Assembly (NCBI GenBank): GCA_964234715.1
Contig: OZ174276.1
Reading direction: 5' to 3' (one strand)
DNA length: 64,000 bases
Origin: Podarcis melisellensis
Taxonomy: Eukaryota
The notes under the pieces are model-generated. The model worked only from the letters and a program-made list of their open reading frames with translations. It did no database searches and was not told the origin of the DNA. Position numbers and translations under genes: made by a program. Below, piece by piece: positions 47,438-59,500 of this stretch; the first letter of the stretch is position 1, and each line of letters starts with the position of its first letter.

Positions 47438-50400
47438 TTCACTCCAACTGTTAAAGCAATTGTCATCAAGCTGAAATTTCCTCCCTCTGACCCAGCAAAA
47501 TTACACCTCGCTCTCATTCAGAACCTTTTCCTCCTCAATCCACCAGGGGGACCTCTGCAGCTTCCTCCCAAGCTGCTGCTTGCTTCTCCCATTTTTTCTC
47601 TCAGAGGCAGGCGGACCCAGGAGCAGCCAAGGAAGGAGGGAGGGAGGGAGTGGGGTGCAGATGCCTGGCAAGGTTTTCATCGACTGGCGGGGTGGGTGTG
47701 TGGAGTGAGGGAAGGAGCCTGTCTGGTAGGCTGTTATTAGCTTGGACTCTGGGAGAGATGCAGACTGTGCTCAATCGGATGGAATGCGGCCCTTGTTCTG
47801 ACTGCTGATGGAGATAGGGAGGGAGCCCTAGGATGTGAGGGAGCAACTGGTGAGCAGGTTATGCGATCGCTCTCATCCATTGTCTGCATTTCCTTTCCTC
47901 CATTCCTCCGTCAGCAGTGGGAGTGTGCATGGAGGGAGAGGAAGGGACAGATCTCCTATCCTGCTTTGTTTTTCTCCTCAACATCCATGCCAGTTTTTAA
48001 ACTGGAGAGAACCCATGACGGCACGATTGAACTATCGTGGACCCAGATGGAAGCCTCTGAGGGGTTTCTTGAGGTGGAACTGAGGAGGGCTGCTATGGCC
48101 TGAGGAAAAGGAACAGGAAACCGAGATGGTCTCTAGCTGGGCTCCAACATTGCCCAGCAACCTGAACTGGCCTTGCTACTACTCTAGACTTCAATGTGTA
48201 GCGTCTAAGACTCATTCACTGCACCCGTTTGAGTGTGCTGTTCCATCTCAATCCACGCCTTTCTTTTGTGTTTGCCTTTTCTAATGAACTTTGTAATGGC
48301 ATCTCTTTATTTCTTTGTTTTAACATATAACGCCTTATCTCTGTGGGCTATACCTTACCTGAAAGTAGGTTACATGTAATAACAAAAGATGAATGCTTGT
48401 GCAAACAGCAGGGCTAAAAGTATGACATAAAATGAACATCCTCTGACTTGCCCCCCCCATTTTAACCGAATTGTGCCTCATAGCCTTCTAAAAGCCTTGG
48501 GTGGTATCCAATTAAGTCACCCTCAAAGCAGATCTGTTGAAATGAATGGACTTAAGTTAGTCCACTGATTTCAGTGGGTCTTCTCTGAGTATGACTAACC
48601 TTGGATACCACCCAATAGCTTAGAAGGGAAGTGGGCTTCCTCTGCCCCCTTGTGTAATTTGAGGTCTGGTAAACAGAAGAGTTTCTTACTAGCATTAGCT
48701 CTTCAATAGCGTCCCACAAATTTTTATTCAGATCAAGAGAGGAAAGAACATATGGACCTTGTTCTGCTTTAGATGTTATTTAGCATGCATGCATAGGTGC
48801 TCAGGAATCGGGTTAACTCCTAAATCAAAATGGATATTATATGTCACATCAATAATCAAATTAAGTCGACCTATATTGTCTTTATTGGAGGTTCTCAAAT
48901 AAATGGTGATCTGTGCGCTCCATTCAGATAGTCTAGTGTATAGTCAAGAATATCTCTACTTGACACTGCATTTGATGCTTTTTCAGATTATTGCAATTGA
49001 GGCTCCTTTTGACCAAGGGCCTGGCCTAGGACCTGAAACATTCACAAAAAAGTGGTCTTTGGCCTGTGATTTCCACAATGCAGCCCTGCTTTGATTATGA
49101 GGATGTTGCCTCTGAAGAAAAGAGGTTGTTAAAATGTGCATTGATATGTGTGTGTGTGGCAGGGAGTGATCCTCTGAGACCACCAGCAATTTTTGAGTGG
49201 TCTGAGGGACAGAAACCCCCTTTGAGAACCATTGACTGCATCTTAGGACCACTCGGCTGCAAATAGGACCAAGATCGCCCTTAAAAACAGAACAGAATGG
49301 CAGGCAAATCTCAGTCCTACCAGTGAACATGGCTTAATTTCACTCTGCTCAGCTTATCACTCACATGATATCAGCTCCGTCGAGAGTGAAACGCTTTTGA
49401 TTTGTAGAGCCTCGGAATGATAAACATACTGAAATGAGGGTTGTTGATATGCAAGCTATGTTGCAAATATGCAAGCTATGTTGCCCTGTCTCAGTATCCA
49501 GCCAATTTCCTGCAAGGGTCCATTGCACTCAACCCAGCCATATTATGGATGATGAATTGGTGCTGTTGAAATACACCCCAAGCTGAAGAACACCACCTGT
49601 GCCCTTCTAATTCTGGAGCAGATGTCATCCCAAGGCTTACAAATTACCATCCTAATTCTGCAGATATGTAACTGCTGAAAAACATGGTGTGGTTTAGCTA
49701 TAAGCAAGAGTGGTGAGTCTTGTCTCTCCTACAATTCAGTTCAGTTCTTACAGCACTAAATATTTGTTGCTGCTGTTGCCTGCCAGATATTAGACATATA
49801 GTATTGTACTAACATAGCTTGAATTATAACAGCTGCAACATCTTTGGCCGCATATCTACAAAACAGATGAGTCATCCATAAGTGGGTCTCATATTTCCTG
49901 CTATTGTTTTGCTTCTACTTCACTCAGTTGTGTGCCATTGCTTGCGCCGTATCTGGAGATGATAGCTCCTGGCACAATATCATTGGCAACCATAATATGA
50001 TCTTCATGATGGCTGAGTGATACAGGCAGTATCCCCTCATCCAAAATATTTAGTTGCTGATGCAGCAGCTTGTTGATTCAGGACACTGATACAATCCCAC
50101 AAACATTTCTGGCTGAATGGTTTATTCATGGCTCACTGCTTGTTGAATTTTTGAGGTTCTAACAAGGGGTCCTGTACTTAGCTGAAGAGATGCCAGGAAT
50201 GGCCCTAATGTTAGCCAAGGTGGAGCAGCCATCTCAGACAACAGTTTTGGATGGGGTACCATGGAAAGGTAGCAAATTGTCAATTATTTTGAATATTGGA
50301 TTTACAACTGGAGGAAGGAGGGGAATCATGAGGACTTTGGGGCTCAGTTTTGATCTGTCTCTGAAAGATGTGCAGTGCTGTGGTGTCAACCAGCCATTTT

Positions 50401-52333
50401 AATATAAGCCTTATACATTCTCTTCTTTAGGGTCATATATATTTATCCACAACTTAGCGAACCCCACCCCAAGTTCACAGTCTGTGGTAGTCCTACTCAG
50501 AGTAGACTCATTAAAACTAATGGACATGACAAACTTAGATCTACTCTGAGTATAACTTACTTGGATCCAACTTCCAAGTGTGGAAGCTCTCAGAGACTTA
50601 GCAAATTGATTCCTCAGAGACACCTAGGAAAGCCCTAGTGTTCAGAATGCAGCACACATGGAAAACTGGAGTTGATGTCGCTGGGCGGAAATGAGCCCTG
50701 ACAGTTTTATGCCCTTGACTAACTAGTAGTGGCATCATGGTTTCCTGCGGTCATGGGAGTTCTCAGCTAATGCCTTGGGATTTTGCACTGCCCAAAATAA
50801 CCAGTCTCCTGTATTTATGACTTGGGGTTTATTTTCCTTTCCAGGGCCGCTTAGCATGCATGAAAGCCCAAGGCTGGAGAACATGAGATGAAACCCTGCG
50901 TGAATTACGGGTTTTGTGTGTGCCCACCCTCCTGGAGTTTTCATGACATAAGCGGCAAAGCAGGAAGCGCAATAAAACTTGGCTTCCTGTTGCCATGACT
51001 GAAGTGGAACATAAGAGCCTCAGAAGAGCCCGGCTGCATCAGGCCAAAGGACCACCTAGTCCAGCATCATGTTCTCATGGTGGCCAGCCAGATGCCTGTC
51101 GACTCATCTGCGATTCCTGGAAAATGCCTCTTGACAGTGGAGGTCGAACATAGCCATCACGGCTAGCAGCCATTGATAAACGTAACTTCATTGAATCCTC
51201 TTTTAAAGGCATCCAAGTTGTTGGCCATCATCACATCCCCTGGAAGCAGATTGTGGGAAATTGCAGTCAAACATAACTATGCATGAGTGCTAGTTAGTGC
51301 ATGAAGGGGTCAAAACAATAGAGGTGGATTACTAGACTCGGCTAGCTCCTGCTCCTTCTTCTCCAATGAGAGAGGAAGTGAACCTTCTCTTCCTAGTCTC
51401 TCTCCACACCGTGCAACTGACCAAGAAGGATGTCTAAGCTTTGCTCCAAGCTTAGAGCATGTGTTTGAAGCAATCTTTCTGTATCTTCTGTCCAAGAGTA
51501 TTCTGCCTGAGCTCTCTTTGCTGCTGCTTGGATAAAGGCATGAATCTGACCTTTGGAATATTTCTTAAGCTAAGCATTTTAAACTTACTTAACAGTTTGT
51601 GGTCTGTTCAATGAAAGCAGGGTAGAAAGAGGGGAGCACTTTGCAAGCAGACTAAATATTTTGTGTTAATTTAACTATCACAGCTTCTCCCTTAGTGTCA
51701 TGGGAATAATATCTTGGTACAGGAGCAGAGAATTCTATGTCTGAAGTCTCTAGCCACCTAAGAAAAACAGTTCCCAGGATTCATGGGTTACAGAAATCAT
51801 TGTTTAACCAATTCAAATCCTGAATATAGATTGTACATTAAGACGTAACCTTCCAAGGCCTAAGATCTCACCTTTGTTCAACAGGACCAACATAGAACTG
51901 ATTAATCTTCTAGCCCATACTTCAGTGCCATGCTCACCTGTAGATATATGTCTTTCTTTTTTACTAAATGTGTCAAAAGATCAAATCTAGGATAAATGGC
52001 TTTTTTCAAATGGTAGACTGTGGCTCAAGTTTCAGCTCCCGGCAGATGGTTGGAAGTGACCTTCCTGAGATGAGGGTCACTAGTAATATACTGAGGACTA
52101 CAGATTCATTTTTTATCTCATATAGCATGGTGGTTTCAAATAGCTACTTTTTTGTTGTTGTTTGAGAAAATTCCTCATTGCTCACACTGCAGCAACATTC
52201 TTGTACAACTAAGATGTACAGAGTACATTAAGAAATAAAAGTGACTTCTCAGCCTATGAGACCTAACTATTTGTTGCTACTGAAGATGTTCTTATTAGGA
52301 AGATACTTCCCCTGGGTTTTCTCAATGCAAATG

Positions 52334-52339
52334 TTTATT
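52334..52339 (-). terminator. SPARC: Distal polyadenylation signal AATAAA of SPARC
   Basis: Minus-strand gtgtcatgAATAAAcatttgca; UGUA motifs upstream. Confidence 0.55.
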
Positions 52340-52684
52340 CATGACACACCTCCCTATGAGTAGAACCATAATGTGCAAAAGGGGTGCTTACATGTTATGT
52401 TCAATGCGTGTGCACAAACAACCAGTCCGTGTGTGGCCTGTAGTTGAGCTGTACACATCAGTGAATGTAAACTTGTACCTGTGTAGAGAATGCTTGTACA
52501 CACATCCAGCTTATCATGTGAACAGGCCTAGTGTTATTCCTCAGAGGCAAGATGGGTATTTTAGAATGACCACAGACGACTAGGAGGGAAAGACTTGGCT
52601 TAGGGAAATGTGCTTTTGCTCCTCAGAATGGATTTCAGTGACAAACAAACCACAGCAGGGAAAAAGACTACGAAAAGAAAAATA

Positions 52685-52711
52685 AGCACCACCAAACACA
52701 GATAAGCACCA
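52685..52711 (-). promoter_or_regulatory. Second pair of miR-29 seed matches (TGGTGCT x2, 20 nt apart) distal to the first PAS
   Basis: Plus-strand agcacca at 52685-52691 and 52705-52711. Confidence 0.55.
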
Positions 52712-52795
52712 AATCTAACTTTAAAAGCATGGTAAAGACAACAACAAAGAATACAGTCACTGCGTAGCAATGAAGCAGGTAGAATTTTCTTACTT

Positions 52796-52801
52796 TTTAT
52801 T
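52796..52801 (-). terminator. SPARC: Proximal polyadenylation signal AATAAA of SPARC
   Basis: Minus-strand ttttaaAATAAAaagtaag, followed by GU/U-rich sequence (ttctttgttgttgtct). Confidence 0.7.
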
Positions 52802-53360
52802 TTAAAAGGTGGGAGTTAACAAAACTTCGTTTTCCCCCCCCTTGCATCTCAGTTGCTCTCTTGTAATCATTTCTTTCAGGTGAGTTGGTGCCAGATTCGA
52901 GAACCGCAGAATTCATAAAGTCACCATTTTGGATTTTGTAGACCTTACCCAACTGCATGCTTTCCCCATCCTACTAGTAACTGAAATCTGGATCTCCTAA
53001 ACTTCCATAAAACAATTGCCCCACTACTTGACTTTGTATAGCCCAGTCTCCCAACACCCTTTTTGATACACTTTCCTTTACTTGCCTTCTAGAAATTGGG
53101 GAGTAAATTGGTCTGGAGGTCCTTAGCCTGAGAGTTAAATAGCCAAAAACATGTTAAGATTTTGTTTCTTTAAAAAAAAAAGTTAGAAAAAGAGAGGGCC
53201 AGGAGAAGGAGGTCAATACTTTAAACAGAAGCGGATTTGTTTCACTGTACTGATATTATCAAATCAAGAGGTCAACAGAAACACGCAGATGAATGTGTGA
53301 GCAGAGTAATCTAGTGGTATAGATTAGGCTACTAACAATTTTCTGTCTCTCTTTTTCTTT

Positions 53361-53400
53361 TAGCACCGTTAATATATAAGTTTAGATCTATATTAGCACC
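53361..53400 (-). promoter_or_regulatory. Tandem pair of miR-29 seed matches (GGTGCTA x2, 33 nt apart) in proximal SPARC 3' UTR
   Basis: Plus-strand tagcacc at 53361-53367 and 53394-53400; miR-29 regulation of SPARC is established in mammals. Confidence 0.8.
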
Positions 53401-53496
53401 TTGTCCCCGATAAAACAACCAAAAAACCCCCAAATTGTTAAAAAAAAGAAAAGAAAACATGGGAGTTGCAGGTAATAGAAGCAGAAGCTGCTGAAT

Positions 53497-53525
53497 TTAG
53501 ATCACGAGATCCTTGTCAATATCCT
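53497..53525 (-). CDS. SPARC: SPARC last coding exon (KDIDKDLVI*)
   Basis: ttttgcag|AGGATATTGACAAGGATCTCGTGATCTAA; stop at 53497-53499. Confidence 0.98.
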
Positions 53526-56500
53526 CTGCAAAAGAATAAGAAAGACATGGTGTAAGAACACATTGTGTGTGAATCTGTACAGTGTGATTCCCCAATATGT
53601 ATGTGAGTGTTGGTTGAAAAATCCACCCTTAATTCCTGCCTGCCAGCCCAGCTGACCACCCCTGCCCAAACCAGCTGCCCCATTTGCCTGTTGAGGTTCC
53701 TTCCACATCCTGTTACGAGGCCCCTATTCCCCTCAGAAATCTGCAATTCACAATCTATCTTTCCAGGGAACTCTGGAACTGCAGCTCTGGGAATAGGGGT
53801 CTCCTAACAATTCGCATCACCTTTCACAAACTACAGTTCCCAGCATTCTTTGGGGCAAGCCATGGCTGTTTAAAGTGATATGATACTGCTTTAAATGGAC
53901 AGTGCAGATGGGGCCATAGTTCTCTGCAGCATACAGCCCTATTGAGGAAAGAGATAGCATTGAGTGCTTGGTAGCGGTGACCTGAGACATCCTGTTAATG
54001 CCTCCATGGTGGGGGTGTGAGGCTGCGGAAGGGGTTCCCCTCAAGCAAGAGCCCTTTCAAAGCCTTGCCACTGGGCAGGGAGAGGGGCAAACCCCGCAAG
54101 GGCTTCTTAAACACCTCCCTCTCGCTGAGACTCACTGCGAGCAAAGCGTTCTGCGGAAGGCCTCTCTCCACCCTTAGGGGCCCTTCAGCAGCAAAGCTGT
54201 GCAGCACAAAACTGTGCTGCCCTGCCGCCACCACTTCCTTTAACTGGGTTGCTTTTCGGTGGCTGCCTCTTGCATTTCTGCCACCTGAGGCAGCTACATC
54301 ACCCCACCTAATGCGTGGGCCGGCTCTTAAGCTTGACCAGAGTGTTGACCTGGTCCCATTGCCAAAGCTAAGCAGGGTTAGCCCCATAAGCTGTCTAACA
54401 GGGAAGGCAGCCTGTCAACCAAAGGTAAGCTGCTTTTAGTTCCTTGGAGAAAGATTGGGGTACAAGTGAAATAAAAGAGGCAGACTGTCAAGGAGTTCCA
54501 GAGTAGATCCCAGCGCTCTTCAGTTGTGCCACCAACTGGGCTAGTTTATGAAGTTGCTCTGGTTTCAATCCTATAATCACTTACCTGGGACTAAAACCCA
54601 GTGGGATTTACTACTGAGCAGACATATATCTCCTTTTATGCAAGTGCTTTTATTTCTGGTGTATCTCCCTAGTCCCTAGATGATTCCCTTGGTCTGGAAT
54701 CATCAGGAGATGTTTGGAATTAGGAGCCCCCCCCCCCTGTATTGAAGTCTCAGTGATGTCTTAGCCCTGGTGTGCAGTATACTTACTCTCCTTAATGCCA
54801 AAGCAGCTGCCCCATTCCTCAAGAGCGATGTACTTGTCATTGTCTAGATCACATGTTTCAAAGAAGCGGGTGGTGCAGTGCTCCATGGGGATGAGGGGAG
54901 CTCTCAGTGGGGCCAGCTCAGTGTGGGACAGATACCTGAAAGGAGCAGCATCAAGGTGGTCACAACAACAACAACAACACCCTAAAATTACCAGTTTTCA
55001 CTGGATTGGCAGAAAGGACAGAGGCAACAATCCCTTCGCTCTGGTCCTCCACTCCCACCCAATCATACCCTTCCTTTATATTTTGGAGCTCATTCTCATG
55101 TCCATTCAATAGGAAGGCTTCTATGTTCTGGGTCCGTTGTACCATTAAGACGATGAGCACGTATCTGTGGGCTTAACTTTGGGCTAGGTCAATCCAACGC
55201 TGGCAATTCAAGCCACTGATGCCCCCATCTCTTCTTGTGCCTGGCAGCAATTCCCCTCTTTTATATTAGACTGAGGCCTGTTTCCTTGTCATACATTACC
55301 CAAGCTTCATGGAGGCAAGTTTCCTGTATCTGTGACCTATCATAGAATCATAAGAGTTGGAAGGGACCCAATGGGCATATGCTCCGACCCTCTGACTTGT
55401 GCCAGTCTGGTAATGTATGAAAGGAAACAAAAACTAATGTAGGAACTTTCCATGTGCTCCATTCTTCTCCTGTATTTTTCTCATTTCGTACATTACTAGA
55501 GCATCGCAGGATGCAGTCATGATGCACCATACCATTTGGAGAATGTATGGATCAGGCTTTATATACCAAAGATATCTTGTTCTTTGGGAAATCTCTCTCA
55601 TTTTGTGGAGTAGTCTTATCTAAGAAACGGAAGGACCTGCAAAACATCCCATTACCCCAACCTGAAGTGCATTGTGTGGATGGAGAATGCCCCGAAATCA
55701 GCCCTTTAAATGGATGGGCTGTACTCTCCATCCGTTGATACCAGAGCCTTCAGCAGACACTCCCTTTCTGTTTTTAAAAGTTAAATTTAGGAATCCTGAG
55801 AATCTGAAGGATGTACTGCTTAGCAGGCTGAAAGCCAAGTGCTTGATTTGTGGCACAGTCATGCAGTAAGGGAAGGTGCCCATCTTTCATAGTAAACACC
55901 ACCCCGACCTCTGCTAACAAAGTAGCTTTTCAAAGAGCTGAGTGCAGGCTATTTTACTCCTAAGATAAATAAGGGACTTGGTTCTTGTATCCTAGGCTAT
56001 TTATTATTTTAAGTCTTGCTTGATGAGGGCTAATGAAGGTTACAAAAAAAAAAGAATTTTACTTGTAATCTAATACGAATGTGTCTTGTCTCTGCTAGAG
56101 TTTATCACAGGCCAGGGAAGTGGGTGGGTACATACCCATCGACGGGGTGCTGGTCCAGCTGACCAAATTGCCAATGCACAGGGAAGATGTACATGTTGTA
56201 GTTCTTCTCAAAATCACGGGTCAGCAGTTCCACTGTGTGGTCCCCAGCTTCCAGGCGCTTCTCATTCTCGTGGATCTTTTTCACCTATTCATCAAGATAC
56301 AATTTGCATTAAAAAAGAAATTAGTCTGAAGCTACCATCAGAGCCTTTCTCCTGGGGTAAAGTGGGCAATAGCTTGCATTTCATCCTGAGATGGCCAAAG
56401 AAGAGCCAGAGCAGTGAATTTCTGGCAGAAATGTACATGAAGGGGGGTATGACATGCTGTCCAAGAGAAGTTTCCATCTGGTGTAATACACCAGCATGTG

Positions 56501-59500
56501 AAGGTAATGCAAGACACACAATGACTGGTGACACAAGACTGGCTTTGCAAATGGCATGTTCCCTTTGCGCCCACATTTGAGCAGCTAAGGTCATGTCATG
56601 CATTGTGTGGCAGAAGACCCAGACTTGCCAGAAGTGTGTGCTGGGTATGAATCTGTTACAGATGTAATCCTGGCTCTAATGGGTTTTCAAAAACAATTGT
56701 TATATTCATGTTATATGTTTAGGCATACACTTAAATAATATTAGGTGCACTTTGGGGGCGGGGAATGTTTTCTTTAAATGGGTGAGCTGCCTATATTCAG
56801 TAGTGTGGGGTGTGATTTGATGCGTTGGTCTTGGTGTGATGGGGTGGTAGATCCATAACCATGAAAAATAACAATGTAGGAAAACTCCACTTTTGTGCAC
56901 CATGTAAGCTATGGGCATGGTTGTTTATGTGGAGCTGTAGCTCACCCTGAGTTTCTGCTTCTCGGTCAGGAGGTTGTTGTCTTCATCCCGCTCATACAGG
57001 GTCACCAGCACATTCTTCAGCCAGTCACGCATACGCAGGGGGAATTCACTCAGCTCGGTGTCGAGGCACTCAGGAATGACTGAAACCCAACCAGAGACCC
57101 ATCAGCTCATTTACAGTCAAAGACAAGCCATGTTTATTGTCTTTAACCATAAGTCCATTTCAATGAGACACTGACTCCACCTAACAATGGCCCAGAAATT
57201 ATTAGATAGTGATACGCATTATAGCAAAGAGAGCCACTGCATTCAAAAGGTTTGCACAATTTTATTTTTGCTAACAATGCAAAAAGAAGGCCCATTCTGC
57301 AAGTTTCTATGGGGATGCCATTCATTCTCCCCCAAATCTCTTCAAGACAGTACTCTCTTTCCGCACCCTGACATCAGAACCAACTTTAGGATTAACCTGA
57401 GACAATAAACAGCTTGTGGATTGATTCAGGTTTGTTTGTCTTTGAACTTTTTACCTTCTTAAGTTTTTCATTTTGTACAAAATAGGAAAGTATAAGCTTG
57501 CCTTTCACAAGCAGCAGAAAATAGCATTCCAGGTAGGAGGAAAACATTTATCTAACTCCATCAACCATTGATGAGTTCAGTGCTTAAATGTCTGTGTTTG
57601 TTTGTTTTTTTAAATTAATCTAGGACTTACTTGACTTAATGGCTTAATGACTTAATCTAGGACTTAATGGCATATTTGTTAAAATGCTAGCTATCACATT
57701 AATCCAGTCTGGAGGAGAAGATATTAAAGTATTTATTTCTGTTGGTTGCAAAGGCCGCTTCTTGCCTTAAACTTAGAGACCACTTGAAAATAAAAATATC
57801 CTGCCAACACTTAACACAGTTAAGCCGCCTTGACCACACATTCTGTGTTCTGACCTGACCTAACTCCATCCCATTTGCTCAAAAGTTGGGCTGGTGATAT
57901 GTTTACAATTTATTCAACATGTTTGCCTGCATGCTTAAATGAGAGGTTGTTAGTTGCACAAGACATCCATAGTGGAGCCCCTGGAAACAGGAAATCATCA
58001 CGGCCACTGAAGCAACTGTGGATACCTTGAGCTAGGGCAAGGACAATGCCTGCAAAATAGAAGCTGTCTCATTCCACAGGCTTGTGGTTAGAGAAAGATG
58101 CTGGACGTAGAAAGATGCTGGAGACGAGAAGGCTCTTGAATGAATACTTTACCACTTGTTTGTCACCTGGGGTGTCATGTAAGAGACATCACAAAATCCA
58201 CTGAAAGCCCATAGCAGAACTTTTCAGCATTGTAAATAGACCATTTTCTATTTACAGGATCACATTTTCTATTTACAGGAAATAGGGGATCACGTTTGTC
58301 TTAAAGTTAGGGACCAAACAAAGCTGAAGGCCAACACCCAACATTGCAGAACCATCTTGATCATGCATTCTGTGACGATCAGACCTGAGGAACTGATTAT
58401 GTCATTTTCTCCCCCCTGTGAAATCTTACACCCAAAATAAGCTGCAATTATGAAGCATGCAATGAAATATGGAAACTTTATAAAACCTGTCTACCAGTGA
58501 GCAGGGTGATGGAAATCTTGGCTAGATAGAGATCAAGGCTGTGTCTTCAGATGTGTTGCTGTAGCTGAGCAGCCTACAGAGATTTCCTAACTATTCCTGC
58601 TTCTTCAGGTGCAGATGATTAATGGAGTCCAAGCCACCTTTTTCTGACAGAGACCAAGTTCACATGTAATGCTAAGCCAAGCCATGGCACAGCACAGACT
58701 AGCAAATGTGTAGGTTCCCAGAGCCGAAATCTCAACCACAGCACTCCTCCCCTGGTTATGCTTTTGTCTTGTTACCTGGGGCTAAGTTGAGGTTTGGCTT
58801 AACATCACAACCAAAAGCAGGCTTGTGGTTTGTCTCATGATAGACAAACCACAAGCTCTAGGCAAGGTTTGTTCCTGGTTTATTGGACCAGTGAACACAA
58901 TGGCTGAGGTAACCAAGATGGTAGGTGCCATGCCTTTGGGCTGACCTATGGGTCCGTTTTCTCAGCACATTTCCCAGAATCTGTCACTTGACTGTTATGA
59001 ATGCAGGCACATTCTGTATTGTCACAGAATGACCGAAGTATTTTTATTTTTTAAAACTATTATTTTTATAGTTTTTATTTTTTCGGCATGTGCTAGTGTT
59101 GCACACCCCGTGAATGAACAGTCTTCAGGATGCCCATCATTCAAGCCTTATTTGTGACCCACATTGATCATGTAGATCTCCATGTATTTCCATGCTAACA
59201 TAACTTGATGTTGTGTGTTTGCTATTCCTTAGATCACATTGATGCCGAAGCCACAAATTCTGAAAATATAGTTGAATATAGGCTAGATGTAGCCAATGTG
59301 GTGCCTTCTAGATGATGTCATGATACAGCTCCCAACAGCACTAGGCAGCATAGTCAATGGTCAACGATGATGGGAGCTGTAGTGCCACAACATCTAGAAA
59401 GCAGGTGTTGATTACAGTGGTACCTCGGGTTACAGATGCTTCAAGTTACAGACTCCACTAACCCAGAAATATTACCTCGGCTTAAGAACTTTGCTTCAGG

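Larger units (their letters stand above)
52315..53496 (-). other. SPARC: SPARC 3' UTR (short form ends ~52775, long form ~52315)
   Basis: Follows the stop codon and has no recognisable repeats. The block gacaaggtgctaatatagat...ttaacggtgctaaaa resembles the mammalian SPARC UTR as I recall it. Two AATAAA signals. Confidence 0.75.

Noticed and set aside
47192-47740. Mirror ORFs on both strands sharing DIVRLAG…GQRFLTLLLSA
   Set aside because: Artefact of the inverted repeat at 47209-47437
51252-51682. Possible additional solo LTR (TGTGGG…ATCACA)
   Set aside because: No matching target-site duplication could be found, so it is left uncalled
500-52300. FAT2 cadherin exons or another gene in the intergenic span
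   Set aside because: No cadherin motifs (DRE, DxNDN) or coherent exon chain seen in the ORF track; short exons could have been missed
56086-56580. Plus-strand ORFs overlapping SPARC exons (also 54795-55112 and 56895-57174)
   Set aside because: Antisense shadows of coding exons with no independent evidence
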